NCBI GenBank assembly: GCA_000388065.2
Contig: KB932209.1
Reading direction: 5' to 3' (one strand)
DNA from: Fonticula alba ATCC 38817
Taxonomy: Eukaryota; Protista; Nucleariida
DNA length: 12,403 bases
Below, piece after piece: positions 9,367 to 12,403 of this stretch. Below the pieces are notes generated by a model. That model was not told the origin of the DNA, made no database searches, and worked only from the letters and a program-made list of their open reading frames with translations. Numbering within the stretch: the first letter of the stretch is position 1; each line of letters begins with the position of its first letter. The translations under genes were made by a program, and so were the position numbers.

Positions 9367-9863
9367 CGCGGGGAAACATGTGCATGTGTGCACCGCATCT
9401 GGTGTTCGTGCTGGCCGAGGGGGGGCCAAGAAAGGGTGGCTGGACGGCGACCATGACAAGGCCGTAGCCGAAAAGGTCAAGAGTTCAGTCGGCGATTGTG
9501 TTGTTGTTTTTTCGTCGCTCCTCATTCAACTGGGGGGCAAACTCTGCTTTCTCGGAAGTCCAGGCGCCTCGCCCCGGGATGTACGCTGGCGAAGACCCTA
9601 CTGCCGGGGGGCCCGTGTGTGGTGCGCAGTTTCCCGGGAGCCGAGAGAAACGCCATCCCAAGGCACCAGTACCTGCCCCCGAGACACGAGGGTGACACTG
9701 ACCAATCAGAACGGCTCCACCACCCAAGGCAGACCTGCCCCCCCTCCCGCCTTTCCTGGCGGTTTCTCGAGCAGACGCAGGCCAGACAGACCCTCGTCTC
9801 CCTGGCGGCTCGGCTCTCGCAGGCCGCTCCCTTCGGTCTCTCTATATCCCCCCGGGAACGTGG

Positions 9864-9886
9864 GCGCGCGCGCGCGCGCGCGCGCG
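9864..9886. repeat. (GC)11G alternating tract
   Basis: Read directly from the sequence. Confidence 0.95.
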
Positions 9887-10049
9887 GGTGGGTGGCCCGG
9901 TGTGGATGCGAGGACACGGGCCAGAAGACCTTCGGTGGAAGACGCCCCGCGGCCCGAGACCGGCCGGGCTCGGACGTGCTGGCAGGCGAGGCTGCCAGCC
10001 GTCGGGTGCATGAAAAAAAAAAGACCAGACAATAATGACCCCCCGTTTA

Positions 10050-10068
10050 CGCGCGCGCGCGCGCGCGC
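10050..10068. repeat. (CG)9C alternating tract
   Basis: Read directly from the sequence. Confidence 0.95.
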
Positions 10069-11137
10069 ACTCGAACGGTAGGCGCAACGGTCGGACCCTC
10101 ATGGTGCGCCGGACTTCCAATCACACGCTTAGCCCGTGACTTAATCGACATCAAGTTACACGGCACCACGCGTGGCCCGAGGAATTTCTCTCCGCTCCCG
10201 GCGAGTATGGAGCGCCCGAGAAGTGCCACCTCTCATTCTGCATCTGCGAGTGTGCCTCGCTGTTCGGCCTCCGCCCTTGGTCTGAGCGCCGTTCGCTTTT
10301 TCCCCATGCATTCTCACGACACCCATCCCCCCCCCCCCGATAAACCTCTCTTCTCTCTCGTCAGTCAAGCGCGGAAACCCATGTGCGCACACAACACGGC
10401 TGGAGGACGACAGCGCGCTCCAGGCGTGTGTGTCTCCACAGCCAATCCCCCTCCCGCAAAAAGCGCGGCAGAGGGACACATGCTTCGATTATTAAAAAAA
10501 GGGAAAAAAGGGGTGCCAGTCAGATTGCGATGCAACCCTGCCGAAGGCTGCAAGGGCCAGCGGCACGGTCATCAATTGCCAACGCGGTCAGATGCCAAGA
10601 GGCAACAACCACGGGCACGCTTCGCGCTCGGGAAGCATCGCTATTGCTCATCGTCCTGGGGTTTGTTGATGTCTAGTTTGGGTAAACTTGACGAGGACAC
10701 ATACTATAGAAATGATCCCTAGAGTACGGTCGACTAAAGAAATATCCCCTGGAACGGCAGCGCCGGCGGGCCCCCAAAGGCCACGTCCATGATCCGCCGG
10801 AGGCGAATTCAAACTTGCGCCCTCTGAAGAGCACCCAACCCCCGGGACTCGGCCCGAGCGGCCCTGGGCGCGATCGATCGCCCAAACCGCCGCCAAGGAC
10901 CGGCCACAATCAGCCGATCGGCCTGCGGCCCGGAAAGGCGGCCAGCACAACAGGCCAAGCCTTGTGTTGTTCCCCGCCTCCGCCAGCCCCCCCCCCCTCC
11001 CCGCTCCCCGCTCCCTGCTCTCCGCCATCGCCCTTCATTGTCTTTCTGTCGGTGGGTCCCTACCCCCGGGCGGGGCCCTGTGGTTGTCAATGCGTCTTTG
11101 TCTATTTTTTTGGCTCCACCAAGCGGACGCATCGTTG

Positions 11138-11795
11138 TCACCGGTCATCAGCGGCCCCATCGCTGTCCGATTCGATGTCGGGCCCCGGGTCGGACTCGGC
11201 CCCAAGGTCGCCAGCGGCATCGGCTCCGACCCCGGCCCTGGTCCCAGGGCCGGTGTCATCCGGGCTCGACCACAGAGCCCCACCGCGCGCAGCCCCTTCT
11301 TCCCCGACCTCGTCGTCCTCATCTAGGTAGTAGGAGAAGATGGCATCCTCGTCCTCCTCGCCTGAGAGCCCATCCAGCATGGTCGGTGTCAATGCCGGCG
11401 CCAGGGTCCCGCCCTGTGTCCGATGCATGGAGTCACCGAGATGCTGCTGTGATGGCGGCTGAATGCCGAAGGCCAGGCAGGAGGATGCGTGAAGACGATG
11501 CTGATCATCCGCCGACCCGGCATCCGTGTAGTAGAACTCGTCTACCAGGTCGCCCAGGTTAAGGAAGTTCAGAATGCTGATGGCTGTTGGCCGGCGAGGA
11601 GGAACGGGCGCGTGAGTCAACTTGCAAAGATGGGCCCCCAGCAGGAGCGAGGGCGAGGGCAGAGAAGGAGAGCAGGAAGAAAAAAAAACCCCAACTCCAT
11701 GCACAGACACACACACACACACATGAAGAAAAGGAAAAAGAAAGCGCACCGGCCTCACAGTGATCCTGGTCCGGGTCGTCGGGGAAGTTTGTATG
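11138..11795 (-). CDS. 3' part of an unidentified protein with an acidic low-complexity C-terminus: partial exon 11795-11750 (or 11759) and last exon 11583-11138; 5' end lost at the gap
   Basis: The minus-strand intron is pyrimidine-rich with a (GT)8 run, a gactcac branch-like site and a ccaacAG acceptor (11585-11584). The donor is GTGCGC (11749) or GTGAGG (11758), both phase 1. Translation: HTNFPDDPDQDH(CEAA/S)ISILNFLNLGDLVDEFYYTD...EEDEDAIFSYYLDEDDEVGEE...DSDGAADDR, ending in TGA. Confidence 0.68.
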
Positions 11796-11805
11796 NNNNN
11801 NNNNN
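11796..11805. other. 10-N placeholder gap, probable mis-scaffolded junction
   Basis: A minus-strand coding exon runs into the gap, and the other side is an unrelated plus-strand promoter. Confidence 0.85.
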
Positions 11806-11976
11806 GGGGAGGGGGGGGAGGACGACCCGGGGGGGGGGGGGGGGGGGGGGGGGGGCCGTTAGGGGGGGGCCCCCGCGGGCCGGCCGGCCCCGACCTGCTG
11901 CCTGCTTTTGCTGGTGGGCCCGCCTCCCTTGTCCGCGCCGCGCCCCCCTGCCCCCCCGCCCCCCGGGAGGAGGGAG

Positions 11977-11983
11977 TATAAAA
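11977..11983 (+). promoter_or_regulatory. TATA box (TATAAAA) of the PLAC8-family gene
   Basis: A perfect TATAAAA in GC-rich context, about 40 nt before an Inr-like TCAC (12021-12024) and 136 nt before the ATG at 12113. Confidence 0.6.
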
Positions 11984-12112
11984 GAGTCCCAGGGCGGCGA
12001 CCGCCCGAGGGGGGGGTTTCTCACACCCTCCTTTGGATTTCCGCGTCTTCTCCGTGGAACCAGCCCCCCTCCTCCAACTTCTTCCCCTCCAACACCAACA
12101 AACTCAGCAACC

Positions 12113-12403
12113 ATGTCTCAGACCGTCGACGCCTCCGTCAACATCAACACCGACATCAGCTTCTGGGAGACCTCCGGTACGTGACACTTCTTCGCGCCCC
12201 CCGTGGGTGTCTTTCGCGCGCCCGCGCGCGCACCACACCCGACCTCGCCGCCTTGTTTTGCCTGGTGTCATGCGTGCACGCGCGTCCATCTATTTGCTCA
12301 TCCGGCTGACCCACCCCCCCCCCCCCCCCCCTTCCCCGCCCCCTCCCTCGTTTCCTCCCATCGCTCCCCCCCCCCCCCCCCATCCCGCACAGGCTACCAG
12401 CAG
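12113..12403 (+). CDS. PLAC8-family gene: exon 1 (12113-12176), intron (12177-12392) and start of exon 2 (12393-12403, truncated at the window end)
   Basis: caaccATG reads MSQTVDASVNINTDISFWETS, then G|GTACGT donor, gctgac branch-like site, C tracts and cgcacAG|GCTACCAGCAG, the same as 8121-8142. The phase-1 splice gives ...WETSGYQQGFFGC. Codon bias matches exon 2. Confidence 0.85.

Noticed and set aside
11829-11870. G27 run and TTAGGG as a telomere-like or special G4 element
   Set aside because: It is a single hexamer, and the segment looks like a poly-G-degraded read of 7748-7782 at a contig end.
1-12403. CRISPR arrays, tRNA/rRNA genes, transposase or reverse-transcriptase ORFs, terminal inverted repeats
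   Set aside because: None was seen. All repeats are microsatellites, homopolymers or assembly duplicates.

Overview
This is GC-rich eukaryotic genomic DNA (draft assembly, short GT-AG introns); the taxon cannot be assigned from sequence alone. It holds three genes. (1) A 4-exon NDC80/HEC1 kinetochore gene on the minus strand (3661->239). Its last exon carries two assembly artifacts, each an Illumina TruSeq adapter fragment between two copies of a duplicated segment (190 and 163 bp). Removing them gives one ORF of about 907 aa with a very long N-terminal tail. (2) A PLAC8-family Cys-rich gene on the plus strand. Exon 2 is at 8132-8463. Its promoter, exon 1 and intron appear at 11806-12403, which is most likely a misplaced contig belonging in the N gap at 7783-8097, less likely a tandem paralog. 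(3) The 3' end of an unidentified minus-strand gene with an acidic tail (11795->11138), truncated by a 10-N gap. The rest is intergenic DNA rich in G/C homopolymers and microsatellites. I see no convincing novel biological system; the strongest oddities are assembly artifacts and the divergent Ndc80 architecture.
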